Assembly (NCBI RefSeq): GCF_902728285.1 | Contig: NW_027104472.1 | Coordinates: 1,063,681-1,127,680, forward strand | Reading direction: 5' to 3' | DNA: 64,000 bases | Source of the DNA: Clytia hemisphaerica | Lineage: Eukaryota | In this document: one piece after another, positions 49,839 to 61,408 of the stretch | Layout: the number at the start of each line of letters is the position of its first letter | Position numbering within the stretch: position 1 is the first letter of the stretch | Made by a program: the position numbers and the translations under genes | Notes under the pieces: model-generated | The model's database searches: none | The model's input: the letters and a program-made list of their open reading frames with translations, nothing else | What the model was told of the DNA's origin: nothing

Positions 49839-50822
49839 CTAATTCATAGATCCAACAACAATCGTTGCAATATCCTCAGGTAATAAATTTCGTCCTTTTT
49901 CACTCACAAAAGAACGTTTCTCCACTATCTCATAAATCCCTCTCCTTTGTTCATCAGTCCATTTCTCAAAAGGTTTTTGCGTTTGAAACGAAAAATATGG
50001 CAGCGGTGTACCATTCTTGAGATAGTCAGTCACATCATAACATAGAACCTCATCTTTATTTATCTCACATTTATAAGGTATGTTCAGGTCATCCAGCTCA
50101 CGAATAATACCAAGATGAGACAAAGCGTAGTTACTAGTCTGTTCTCTGAATTCTATTGATGATGTTTGAGCCATTAAGGCATAAAGCTCAGCACCGACTT
50201 CTTCAGTTTGATTGAAAATAATGATTCGACCTCCCTGACTAAGCATTGATCTCGCGTTTTGAATTGTCAAGCCTGGATAGTCAACGTAATACAACACACT
50301 GGCCATAAGAATTACATCGAACATACCTATAGCTCCTTGGATCATGTCGGAAGAGGAAACAAATCGTTCACCAGGTATAACTTCTTCATTTCTACCGTTT
50401 TGATCATTTTCCTTTAAAGATTCAGTCGAGCCATCTGGATATGTCACAAGTATATTTTGAGGTGGAGAGTAATTTTCATTGAAACTTTTTTTTTCAATAG
50501 CATAAGGTACCTTCCATGTTTTAACATTTTCTTCCAGTTTCGAATGATATTCCGTTTCAACAGGATCGACAGCATAATACAGTGTAACGTCTAACTGGCT
50601 TTCTTTAACCAGTATTTCATCAAGTATTCCGTCACCAGGACCAATTGATAGGATCTTCAATGCTTTTTTATCCAAGTTGTTACTTTCCAGAATGGATTTA
50701 AATTTTGTTTGTTTTATGTGACCAGCATTTTTCTTCCGATTTTCACTGTTTGCTACCGATGACCAGTGATCCCAATGACCATGATCAGCCACCTCGTGTA
50801 TCTGATTACCATTATCAGCCAT
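49839..50822 (-). CDS. Histamine N-methyltransferase-like class-I SAM-dependent methyltransferase, single exon, 327 aa.
   Basis: The complete minus ORF runs ATG 50822 to TAG 49839. Motif I LKILSIGPGDGILDEIL matches HNMT IKILSIGGGAGEIDLQIL. The later block FDVILMASVLYYVDYPGLTIQNARSMLSQGGRIIIF matches HNMT [45 protein letters not shown] lies about 45 nt upstream of the ATG on the minus strand. Confidence 0.7.
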   Translation of the reverse strand: MADNGNQIHEVADHGHWDHWSSVANSENRKKNAGHIKQTKFKSILESNNLDKKALKILSIGPGDGILDEILVKESQLDVTLYYAVDPVETEYHSKLEENVKTWKVPYAIEKKSFNENYSPPQNILVTYPDGSTESLKENDQNGRNEEVIPGERFVSSSDMIQGAIGMFDVILMASVLYYVDYPGLTIQNARSMLSQGGRIIIFNQTEEVGAELYALMAQTSSIEFREQTSNYALSHLGIIRELDDLNIPYKCEINKDEVLCYDVTDYLKNGTPLPYFSFQTQKPFEKWTDEQRRGIYEIVEKRSFVSEKGRNLLPEDIATIVVGSMN

Positions 50823-51323
50823 CGCATTTATTAATGTGTTTTTTTAATATCACTGAAAGTGAAAATAAATATGAAAGCCCATTACAGTTTTTTAAACATT
50901 AAGTAATTGATATGGTTAGAGAAGAAGCAGAAAATTTTAGAAATAAACCTTCAGAATAAAGATCTTTGAAAATGAATGAGAAGAAGCCACGCCATTGAAT
51001 TTGATCAAAAATCAGGTTCTTGAAGCTTCTGAGAAAGCGACATTAACATCACTCAATACGGTAAAACATGCAGTTAAGTCCATCAAGAAAAATAGAAAAT
51101 GACAATATCTTGACATAAATATCTAAGTTCTATTCAAGGTTTATAAGCGTAAAAAGATGTAAATGGGTTTATTTCCTCATTATGCTCTGCTGGAAGTAAA
51201 ATTATTACAAAATAATAAAAAAACGTTTAAATTGTCAGAAAAATTATATGATTCAATACATAACTTTTCCAATAAAAAAATGAAAAATTTGAATTTTCTT
51301 TTCAAACACAGTTGTTGCTGTTT

Positions 51324-52844
51324 TTACTTCTTACGGCCGTTTCGTTCGTTATAGATTTCTTGTTTCTCATCACCGTCATGTTGGCGGAGGGTGGCTTCGT
51401 GTTGGCTTTTCAACAACTTGTGGCGGTCAATAGCTTCCTTGTGGCGGTTGATGGCATCGTTGTGGAAAGAGATTTCATCATCGTGATACAATGCTTGTTC
51501 TTGATGTTCACGTTTGATCTTGGCTAATAAATCAGCTTGCTACAAAAATGAAGCGCAAATCAGAAATGTAAATGGACATTGCTTTTGACATTTGTTTATT
51601 ATTTTAATGGGACAAAATCTTACGGATTTCAGTCCCAACTGAAAAGAGCTCATCGGCGAAATACATTTAGCAAAGTTCTAAAAACTCTCAATGGATATTG
51701 ACTTTAAAGGGACAGTAAAGTAGTAAAATGTAAACACTGCGCGAACCACGTGTCATTAAAGAGAACAATTAAAATCACGTGTCCAAAACAAACTTGTAAA
51801 ACAATTGAACAATCAAATTTAGCCATATTTGGTTTGATTTTTTTTTGACATGTGACATTTGTATTGATTTAGTATCCGCTGCATACAGTTTGTTTACAAA
51901 TTTCGCAAGAAGCATTAAATTTCAAATTTTCGCAGTTGAGCCAGGTTGAGCTCTAACTTTAATGCTTGAACTGTGCCAGCAAAACCTTGAGAAAACGAGC
52001 GAATCAGAGAAGAAATCGTAAAAAAAGAATTTTGTGACTGTAAATTAATTACGAGTTTTCTGAAGTATTGGTCTTCGTGTGCAGCTTCCATCTTACCAAA
52101 TGCACCTCCTGCATCTCTGGAAAGAATTAAATTAATAAAGAAAATTACTTATCAAAATATTCAAAGAATTAAAAAAACATCTATTCAACAAAACTTAAAT
52201 TCTAATTGGCTCTTATACATAGCAATGTGCATTCATAATCATAAATAAATTTGGGTCAATCTCGAATTTAAAGTCAGCAACAAAAAGAATTGCTCAGATT
52301 TGAACTTTGAGAAGATGGAAATATTTTTAAATAGATTTCAAACAGCACATTTGTTAAAACCTTAGCCATATCTACAAGCAGAATCAACACTTTTTTAAAC
52401 TTTGAAAAGGCCTCAACAAGATTTTAATAGAAGATAAACACCATACCTGATAGAGCCACCACTGCCGCCACCCTAAATAAGAACAAAAAACGAAATTCAA
52501 ATGTTAATAGAGTTAAACTATATTAAAGGAAGAAATTTTGGCGGGATTTGGTCATTTGGTGTTTTTTTTCTCCATTTAACAACACAAATGAGCTAACATT
52601 TATGCAACAGAGACCTTGAGAAATGAATTTTCACTGTTAGCACGCCTTTTTTAATTTTTGAGTTTTCTTCAAAATGGCTGTCACCGACAGTTAGTCACAC
52701 TAGGAAATCAAGCTTTCAGAAAAACAACATCAGTCATCTACAGGATTTATTTGCAACAACAAGGATGAGAGTTACCTGAATCAAGATCAAATTCCCAAGA
52801 CAATTTAAAAAATTAAAACTTAAAAACTTAAAATGAGACAACAT
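51324..52844 (-). CDS. ATP5IF1: Mitochondrial ATP synthase inhibitor protein IF1 homologue. Minus-strand exons (plus coordinates): candidate presequence exon 52776-52844 (weak), micro-exon 52447-52472, 52053-52116, last exon 51324-51538.
   Basis: The spliced minus-strand translation is GGGSGGSIR|DAGGAFGKMEAAHEDQYFRKL|QADLLAKIKREHQEQALYHDDEISFHNDAINRHKEAIDRHKLLKSQHEATLRQHDGDEKQEIYNERNGRKK*. Human IF1 reads [71 protein letters not shown]. Splice signals on the minus strand are ag|GGTGG...ATCAG|gtatgg, ccag|AGATGC...AAACTC|gtaatt and ttgtag|CAAGCTG. The first exon (MLSHFKFLSFNFLNCLGNLILIQ|gtaac) is only a guess. Confidence 0.7.
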
Positions 52845-53734
52845 GACCTTATGCTGCACGCAAGCACTTAAGATAAAGTCCCGTTTTTGGAAGTTTGCAA
52901 AAAAGTGCCACATAGAAGATTTTTCAAATTCAGTATGTGAATAGAGCACTAAAAAATACAACTTTTCTATTTTTCCTTTTGTTATAATAGGGATAATGAT
53001 AATTGAATACTATCCACTGATGATCCGCGGCACTGTCGTAAAGCTAGAATCGCTTGACATTCTCTTCGCTTGAGAAGATGATTGACAGATATTAAAGTTT
53101 TTCACCCGGGAGCTTGTTGGCGTTCTGCGAGTGTTCTCGGCTAAATCTTTGGACTGCGCTAAAAATGGTAGACTCAGCTGTGACAGATCATTTCGATGGA
53201 AGTTGTTGGAATGTTTACAAGACTCTTGACAGAAAATCCTTTGTTTTATTGTCAATGATAATGAATTTCCAAGGCAATTGAATTTAAAAAGGCAAAAAAG
53301 AATGGAATTTCCAATGCATTTTGCAAAAGTATATACATGGATTTTCATTGGAATTTCCGACCACCACTGGAAAAGAAAAATTATGTCCGAGGCTAGGAAA
53401 AATTAAAAAATGCACATCGTCCGACGGGGGTAACAAAAATTTTTTGGAATGGCCCAAATTTCTGGAGTTTTCCGGATTAGCTAAAAAAACGCTATTCCAG
53501 AAAGTTCTGGAGCTTTTTCGGTGCTTCCGTAGCAAGCTGCTCCGGAGCACGGAAAAAATGACACTTTGTTCTGGACGTTTTTCCGGAGCGCCGGGACGCA
53601 GGAGGGTCTTTAACAATGCTAATGACTTCTTGATTTTGTAAAGAAAAAAGATAACAACTTGTTCTTAGCAAGGATTTGAAGAGGTCCAGATACACTGAAC
53701 TTTTTGTGAAGAAAGAAGAAAACTAAAACAAGGA

Positions 53735-54935
53735 CCCTGCCGACGCACCGGACTTAACGAACACCGGACTAGCGAAAAAAGTCCGGTGTGTAAAATGAGA
53801 ATTTTTTTTACCACCGGACAATTTCTACACCGGACTTAAGGAAGTCGGATGGCCGGTGTTGGAGAAGGATATGTTTTCCTGCCGGACAATCAAAACACCG
53901 GACATGACAAGTCCGGTGCGTCCGGTGTTTCTTAATTTTTTGTTTCATAAATGTAGGGTGCGCACTCGTCGGGATTTTTTGCGCGGAACGAGGAAGAATT
54001 TACAAAAATGAACTTCAATGCATTAGTACTTACCTTTAAATCATCCAAATCTGTTCATTCTTTTTTTAAATCAATCAGGAATTATCAGGGAAACAAGTAA
54101 AAAAAACTGCATCCAGGTATCTATTTTCTTTCCAAATATATTCATGTTTTTCGATGTCAAGGTGAAAACGCGATTTAGCGCTGACCACGGCACCGGAAAA
54201 TTCTCGACCCACATCGAAACAAATGGCTGTCGATATTGAGCTGGTTCATCTTTTCAATCGCGGTTTTTTTAGTAAACCCAGGGTAAGGTTAGGCTACAAT
54301 CTATCACAACCTGCTTTATTTGAAAATCTACAGGCCGTCTGGAATTTGAAAAATAAGAAGAAATTGTGATTTTTTAACAAGATTGCGGATTTTTTCTTTT
54401 AAGCAGCATACACCATTTGAAAGCTGAGGGTTTCAGCTTTCTAGTGGTGAAATTTGTTTTTAGCTATCATTTCCAGCTCATTAGCGATAAGCTAAAGTTT
54501 AACAGTCATCGGGCCGATTTTCAGACCGCACCAGCAAAACTCCCCACACCCCGCCACACGGAAGACTAGATTTCATCCGCCATTTTTGGCGCGATTTTGG
54601 TGCTTCCGAAAATTATTTCTTGCTGGCGTGGTGTAAGGAGGCGATTCTTTGAAAAGGTGATTTTTTTGTGTTTTGAAAATGGAATAACTTTGGGAATACT
54701 TAACCAATTCTAATAAATGACCCCTCGTTTTTCTCACAAAGGTAAGGACTTTCAAATAAAATTAGTTTGGTTTCTAAAAATTGAGGGGAAAATTTTGGCC
54801 TGTCCACCCTAATAAATGTCCGGCGTTCAAAATTCCCTGTATGCAACACCGGACTTATTGCGTCCGGTGTAGCGAAAGGATACTTCATGCCACCAGACAA
54901 ATACATCGGACAGTCCGGTGCGTCGGCAGGGTCCT
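53735..54935. mobile_element. Roughly 1.2 kb element bounded by 22-bp TIRs and rich in the palindromic octamer CACCGGAC/GTCCGGTG.
   Basis: ggaccctgccgacgcaccggac at about 53737 matches the reverse complement of gtccggtgcgtcggcagggtcc at about 54912. Multiple caccggac/gtccggtg copies lie inside both ends. Confidence 0.5.
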
Positions 54936-57900
54936 CCAAAACATTGCAAACAACAAAATGGCTGACTGATTGGTTGTTTGGAAAAATAAAAATGGTAGGT
55001 ACCTTTCCAGACCCTGAGCCTGCCTCTGAAGACATCATTCTTGGTAGTATAGTTGGCACGAAATTCTTGGCGAAGCTGAAAGTTCGAAGTGCCATTACGA
55101 GATTATGTATGTGGTAGTTTTGACTGCAAATTTGAAAAAAGGATTTTCTTGAAGTTCGACTGCCAGCAATCGCATAAAAAATCCACTGGACAGCCATGAG
55201 ACTGGGACGACTAGGCTATATTGAATTTCTCATAAGGATCGAAAATCGGAATATTATTCTTGGAGCAAATGAAACGTTTTTGTGCGCTGAACGTTACTAA
55301 AGAGATAAATTAGAATAAGGTAAGTAGTCTTGCGTCATTGAGCCGGTTGAATTTCGAATAAAGGCGGGATAGATTGGGCGTGTCCGTCGAGGGGCGTGTT
55401 TTAGTCATACCCCGTCAATTCTCTTCTCCAATTATTCGAACTTCTACTAACTATTCCTATTCAAATCTTTCCATAATTTGAACTGGAATATACTGCTCCC
55501 CTCTCGGCTGAAAGAGTATGAAAATTCTTACCCTTTGATGGGCGCATAGTCTGTTAGACGAAAACTGCTTTTTTATTTTGTCGCGATTTAACGTTTGTCA
55601 CTTTTTGCCGCGGAATCGAATGTTTTTGGACGGGAAAGTACGTCTAAGATTTTTTCTTCGGCGCAGCTCATTTTGCCGTGACTTTGGACAAGCTACACTC
55701 CATCGCGTGTGCTATTTTTTCGATTTTTAAGAAGTCGTTGCATATATAATACTTATATACTTTCACTTTATGATGTTTCTGTATGACTGTCTGTGTATCT
55801 AGTCCAACCAACCACCGTTAAATGCCTCCGGGAAGGTCCCTCCTAACTTGGAAAGCCAGAATTGGAGCTATTTCACCAAACCACTGGAGCGTAAGTTATT
55901 TAGGCTATCACAACTGCATGAAAAAGTTGAACGTGCGCATGTAAAGTTAAACGAATGTAAACAAACTATTTTCACGTTTTTGAAATAGATTTACCACACT
56001 GAAAAAAACATCGAGGTAAATGTATTTTGAAGACCAAAAGAAAAAAATTTTGTTTACATTGATTGACATTCAACATTCATTCAACTACTTTTGGATTCAA
56101 CTTTACATATGCATACATTCAACTTTTTTGTACTTTGCCGGTATCTTGTTTTATTAAGTTAAGAGGGACTTTCTCGAGTTACGACCATATGATGGTATTT
56201 AAAGCTCAAGAAGCTCTATAAACAATAAAGGTAGTTATTAATAAAATAACAGACAAATAAAAATTAGAGTTTGAACAAAAATATCAAATATACATTTGAA
56301 AACTTGACCAAATTTTTTTAAAGATTCCGGAAAAAGAATTGAAATCATTGTTGAAGTGAACTTCTGCCTAAATTACAGTAGTAAGTATTCAGTTTCAAAG
56401 ACAAGGAACAAAATTTGACATTACAAAACACTTTTTCCAGCTCATCATCGTAACCAGTCTGCCAATTTGTTTGTTTTGATTTGCACAAGTATTATTGTAA
56501 TTCGTGTTATATCATACACTGTTATAATTTGCATTTATAACACTCGCTTCAGCTTTTCAAAGCTAAATCAAAACTAATAAATTGTAATATGTAAATGGTA
56601 ATAGCATATAACGTAATATGAAAATATGTATACTACCGTCCCGAAAAAAAAACAGAACATCCCGTGGACTCTTTTGTTTTGATTTTATGCACGGAACTCA
56701 AAAATTAAGACTAGATTGGACTTCGACGCACAACCTCTTCATCAGGAAATCCTATTCGATTGTCCATTCCAGTCATTATTATATTTGAGCTCCGTGTTTT
56801 TTCACCTTTATGCACTCCGCACGGAACCGACGACACCCTCCACCGCATTGTGATAACTTTCGAAGTAGCTTTCGATAACGCTTCAAAGTGTAACTGACCA
56901 TAAAACAAAGAAATCATTTGGTTTGTGGGAAGGCACTGGCTAATGGGCGGCGTCAGCCAGTCGATACCACTACTCTACATGAAAAAGACAACGATTGCCT
57001 TATAATGGGAAATATTTCCCTAACGGGAAGGTGAAAATAACCCGAAAAGGAAACTGTTTCCAGATTAAACATTTCATCACTTTTCTGTTTCCCGTTTTCT
57101 GGTCAAGAACTTTTCGTCGTCCCCGAACGGGAAATAGAATTTTTGTAAACAAAGCAGATTTTTGTTTCCCGATCGAGAAAAAGTTTCCAAATAGGGACGT
57201 TTTTAATCGAGAAATGGTAGTATGTGGAGGCTTAGTTGTAGAAATATATTATGCAGAATGAGGCTAAACTATTGTTGTTTGGTTTTCATCAAATGTTTTG
57301 TAAGTTTGAAGAACAAATTTAACGAACAAAAAGTTCATTGTTTTCAAACACGACTCATGGTCTGAATCAAAAACACAAAATATAAGAAATTCTAATCACG
57401 GAGAGAGTATAAAAAAACCAGCGAAATTTTGCAATTTTGTAATTGCTGTTAATAAAGTAATATATAAGGATGTTGAATTTTGTACAATCTGCACATAAGG
57501 GTGTGACCTTCTGCTACAATCATGGTCGTAATATTTAAAAAAAAGGGAAATCCACCGGGAAGTTTTGAAACAACAATCGATTTGTAAGTGCTATAAAGTA
57601 GGTTTGAAGGTTACCTTAGGATCTGAGGATCCAAAAGTTCAAAAATAGTCCAATAAGGCTCAGAATATAGCCTGGAAGTCAGCCAACCCCTCCCAAATTG
57701 AAATATTCGATTAAGTTAAAGAGATAGCCCAAAACCGGAATTCTCATTCTTTTTCGACCATGATTGTAATCTTCACTCTTTTTTATGATAAAACATCCAA
57801 AAAGTATGCCTTCACACATTCTTAACTTTTTGAGTTCTTAGTCTAACCGAATTTATTATACTATGGTCTAACAATGCTCTTAACATGTTCGTAATCTTAC

Positions 57901-58066
57901 AATTTTTTGCAGTACTTTTTGCAATTTCCTAAAAGAATGGGCGTTTTAGAGTCCACGAAGTCTTAAAATGTTTTTAACATATTTTTAATATTCTGGACAT
58001 CGAAGCCTGATCTTCTTGTATAGTTCTTTCTAAAAAAAACGTGCAGATCAAAAGAAAAAATTCAAA

Positions 58067-59867
58067 ATGAAACCAATGATCCTCTTGGTCACAATCTTAC
58101 CGTTCCTACATGGTTTGATGAAAGATAACAATACTGGTGAAGCTTGGGGATATGTTGATGTCCGAGAAGGTGCTCATATCTTCTGGTGGTTGTACGGTCA
58201 ATCTGCAAACACACCAAAGAATCCTACAAGACCACTGGTCATGTGGCTACAAGGTGGTCCTGGTGCGTCATCAACAGGTAAAAGATTATGAAGAAATCTC
58301 TGTTTCAAGTTTCAAGAAGACACACCAAAACGTCAAAAAAATTTCTCTCAGGGTCGGAAATTTGAAATGTGAAAGGCCTTTTTTACCAAAAAATAAGTCC
58401 CTTCGTGGCGCCAATTCTTGAGTAGAGAATAGGATTTGTTTTTTATTTGAATGTCGATATTTTGATCAATAGATAATGTAATTTTTCTGTTAAACCCTCA
58501 TTACCCATTTTTATAGTTCTTTCGTTGCACCTTAATACAATAAAACTTTTAGTACTTCTTCTTAAAGTGATTTTAAATGATTAATCCAAATAAGGGCCAA
58601 TCAATTCACCAATATACCTTCTATTCCTAGTGTTGGTAAAGCCGTTTATACATCTTTTCGACCGTAGCCGCCAATTGCTCCAGTCCTTTTTTCGCACATA
58701 TAGACAATAGAAAAATGTGTCAAAAAAGGATTGGATCGAGTTTAGGGGGATAATTAAATAATTAAGTGGCACGCGCCTGACTGCACGACTACAGTCAAAA
58801 AGGTGTATTACTTCCCAACAAATATCTTATACAATTTCTATTACTTATACTTTTTAGGATTCGGTAATTTAGCAGAAGTTGGCCCTCTTGATGAGAACCT
58901 ATCACCTCGATCAGGACCTTGGACATCACTGGCTGATATGCTGTTTGTAGATGCACCTGTAGGCTCTGGATTCAGCTACGTCGAACCACCTGACACTTAT
59001 ACTTCAACTGAAAGCCAAATTGATGAAGATTTATATCAATTCTTAAAGAAATTTCTTTCCGAAATGCCAGAATATCAGAACACACCATTCTACATATTTG
59101 GAGAATCGTACGGTGGTAAAATGGGAGCGTCGTTTGGAGTACGTCTTCAAGGTGGCATACAATCGGGCGACGTTCGTGCTAATTTACGTGGCTTGATTTT
59201 AGGCGATGCTTGGATTTCACCAACTGATTCTGTAGCTACTTGGGCGCCGTTCTTAAAGGACGCCAACTTAATTTCGCCGACCGGATTCGAAGCTGTTTCT
59301 CAAATGACTAAACAAACAGTTGACGCGGCGGATAGTGGGCGGTACCAAGAAGCAACTGAACTCTGGAAACAAACACAGGGCGTTATTTTTCAAAACACAA
59401 ACAATGTTAATCCGTTTAACATCCAACAACATAATGCACCATCTTGCAACAAAGAATCAACCAATGCTCTGATGAATGGCCAAATCAGACAAAAGCTACA
59501 AATCATCCCTCCCAACGTCATTTGGGATTCACATCGTAATGACGTCTTTGCAGCTCAGTCTCAAGAATTTATGAGACCGGTTATCAATGAAGTAGGACAG
59601 CTCCTATCCTCAGGACTCAAGGTAGTGATCATTCAAGGACAATTAGACTTACTATGCGACAGCCCTGGTACAGATGCTTGGATCAAGAAATTACCTTGGG
59701 GTGATTTGCCACAATATTTAGCAGCACCTTTGACGACAATGTCTCAAGGGAAAATGAGACGATATAAGAATTTGATATATTATGATGTGAGTAATGCCGG
59801 ACATATGGTACCGATTGATAAACCCTCTGCTGGATTGGAAATATTACAATTAGCGATTTCAGATTGA
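58067..59867 (+). CDS. SCPEP1: Serine carboxypeptidase, peptidase S10 family (retinoid-inducible serine carboxypeptidase SCPEP1-like). Exon 1 58067-58277 (signal peptide plus start of catalytic domain), exon 2 58858-59867.
   Basis: Signal peptide MKPMILLVTILPFLHGL. Exon 1 ends ...LVMWLQGGPGASST|gtaaaa (phase 1). Exon 2 begins after tttttag with G-FGNLAEVGPLD... and contains FYIFGESYGGKM (catalytic Ser in GESYGG) and ...NAGHMVPIDKP (catalytic His). It is collinear with human SCPEP1: LVMWLQGGPGGSSTGFGNFEEIGPLD...FYIFSESYGGKM...KAGHMVPSDQ. Stop TGA at 59865-59867. Confidence 0.85.
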
Positions 59868-59903
59868 TAGTTTATATCGTTAAACCATAAATTGAATATA
59901 AGA

Positions 59904-59909
59904 AATAAA
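59904..59909 (+). promoter_or_regulatory. AATAAA polyadenylation signal about 40 nt downstream of the carboxypeptidase stop codon.
   Basis: A canonical hexamer agaAATAAActtttg sits at the expected distance from the TGA. Confidence 0.35.
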
Positions 59910-61408
59910 CTTTTGTTGTATTGTTTAGAAAAACGTTTTTCTTTTTCAAGATTTTGCTGGCACACAACGTCTTTTCAGTCGTTTCAACGTTTATTTAACG
60001 TTCACAAGGTCCATATAACGTTAGATGAACGTTGAGACAACGTCGTGTGCCAGTCGGGCCAAATCAAACCATTCCAGCTTTGGTGAATATGAATCATTCG
60101 TTTTGGTTCATTGGAAAACGCTTCTTAAGATCTTTCCTATATCCCTTCCTCAGTGACCCGGTGAACGCCAGTAAAAATAAACGAGCTACAAATGCTGACT
60201 AAAAAATATAACCGGCATGTAATGGGTTGGGATGGTTTTAACTTTAGCGAAGTTTTCTAGTAGGTTAGGGGCCCAATCGGATCTACGAAAAAGGGCTTCA
60301 TTTATTATGGTTGCGAGACAGTCTCGTATCCAGAGCCACTTGTACCACCTTTTGATTTTACTGATGGACGTGGGCGCTTCCATAAAAAGCAAGCTAAAGG
60401 ACTGGGTTCGAGTCATCATTAAGGCATAGAGGGGTCTATGTAACAAATCCTGCATTACTAAAAATAGACAAAAAGAACGACGAATTTCATAAAGAACGAC
60501 AAATTTCGTTGTTCATTACCCCGACCGAAAGTGACTGTACCACCCTATGGATTCATTCTTCTTTGTTTATTACGGGAATTAACTACATGTGGTTTAAAAG
60601 AACGACAAATTACGCATGTGTGTTACAATGGCAGGATTTGAAAGACGAACCTACTGCATAGCTACTGGTAGTACTTATATTATCGAATATTTTTAGATTA
60701 GGGGTCAAAGTCCATTCGTACGAGAAACTGAACAGGAAACATATCGTGTTTGAAATATGAACCTTTCAGAATCAGAAAAAAAATTCCCTGAGAGTAACAA
60801 AATGTTGAATATCTTTAAGATTCAAGTGTATGCGTTTTGGATCTCTCTCAGATAGTTTACAATTTTTCTAGAAAGTAAGAAAAATATTCCATGTATGCTG
60901 ATCAATGTTTTTATTTACAAAAGGTATCAAATTTTAACACAAGAAAGATAGATGTACTGTTTGGTAGAATATTTTTGATGCGATTTATGTTTTGTTATTG
61001 ACCTGTTGAGTCAGCCAGCAGTCAAACATTAAAAGAGAAAAGAACAAATTTTTTTCATGATTTTTATTTGCAGTAGGAGGATGGTATTATCGATTTGCGC
61101 TTTCGAAATATTGGCAACACTATTTTAACTTTCATCAAAGAAATTTTGTTGGTGTTTAAGGAGGAAGCAGTTTCCCGAATTTTATTTAGGATAAAGTGCT
61201 TATTTTTGGAGCTGGATTTGTTGAACTTTTTCACATTTTCAGTTTTTGAGGAAGAAGATTCGATGCTAAGTTGAAAAATCTTTAAATTTTATGGTATTGT
61301 ATTCAAATCAATCAATCAAGTAGTATTTTCACTGACGCGTTCAGATGACTATGCAGAATTGCCGTTTGGAAATATTAACGGGCTTTATTTACAAGAAGAA
61401 GCATCATA

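Noticed and set aside
52776-52844. Candidate first exon (MLSHFKFLSFNFLNCLGNLILIQ) of the IF1 gene.
   Set aside because: It is not rejected outright, but it is not reported as a confident exon. It is hydrophobic rather than the Arg-rich amphipathic presequence expected for a mitochondrial matrix protein, so the real first exon may lie elsewhere in 52480-53600.
54700-55197. 165-aa minus-strand ORF.
   Set aside because: No recognizable motifs. It straddles the right TIR of the 53735-54935 element and adjacent unique DNA, and has no splice or promoter support. It is probably a chance ORF in AT-rich sequence.
58137-58421. 94-aa ORF overlapping carboxypeptidase exon 1 in another frame.
   Set aside because: The alternative frame carries the conserved S10 motif (MWLQGGPGASS) and a signal peptide. 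This overlapping frame has no similarity and reads through the intron.
60380-60420. GGGTTCGAGTC motif resembling a tRNA T-arm/B-box.
   Set aside because: The flanking sequence cannot form the T-stem (ctggg...catca) or an acceptor stem, and no A-box lies 30-40 nt upstream. It is not a tRNA gene.
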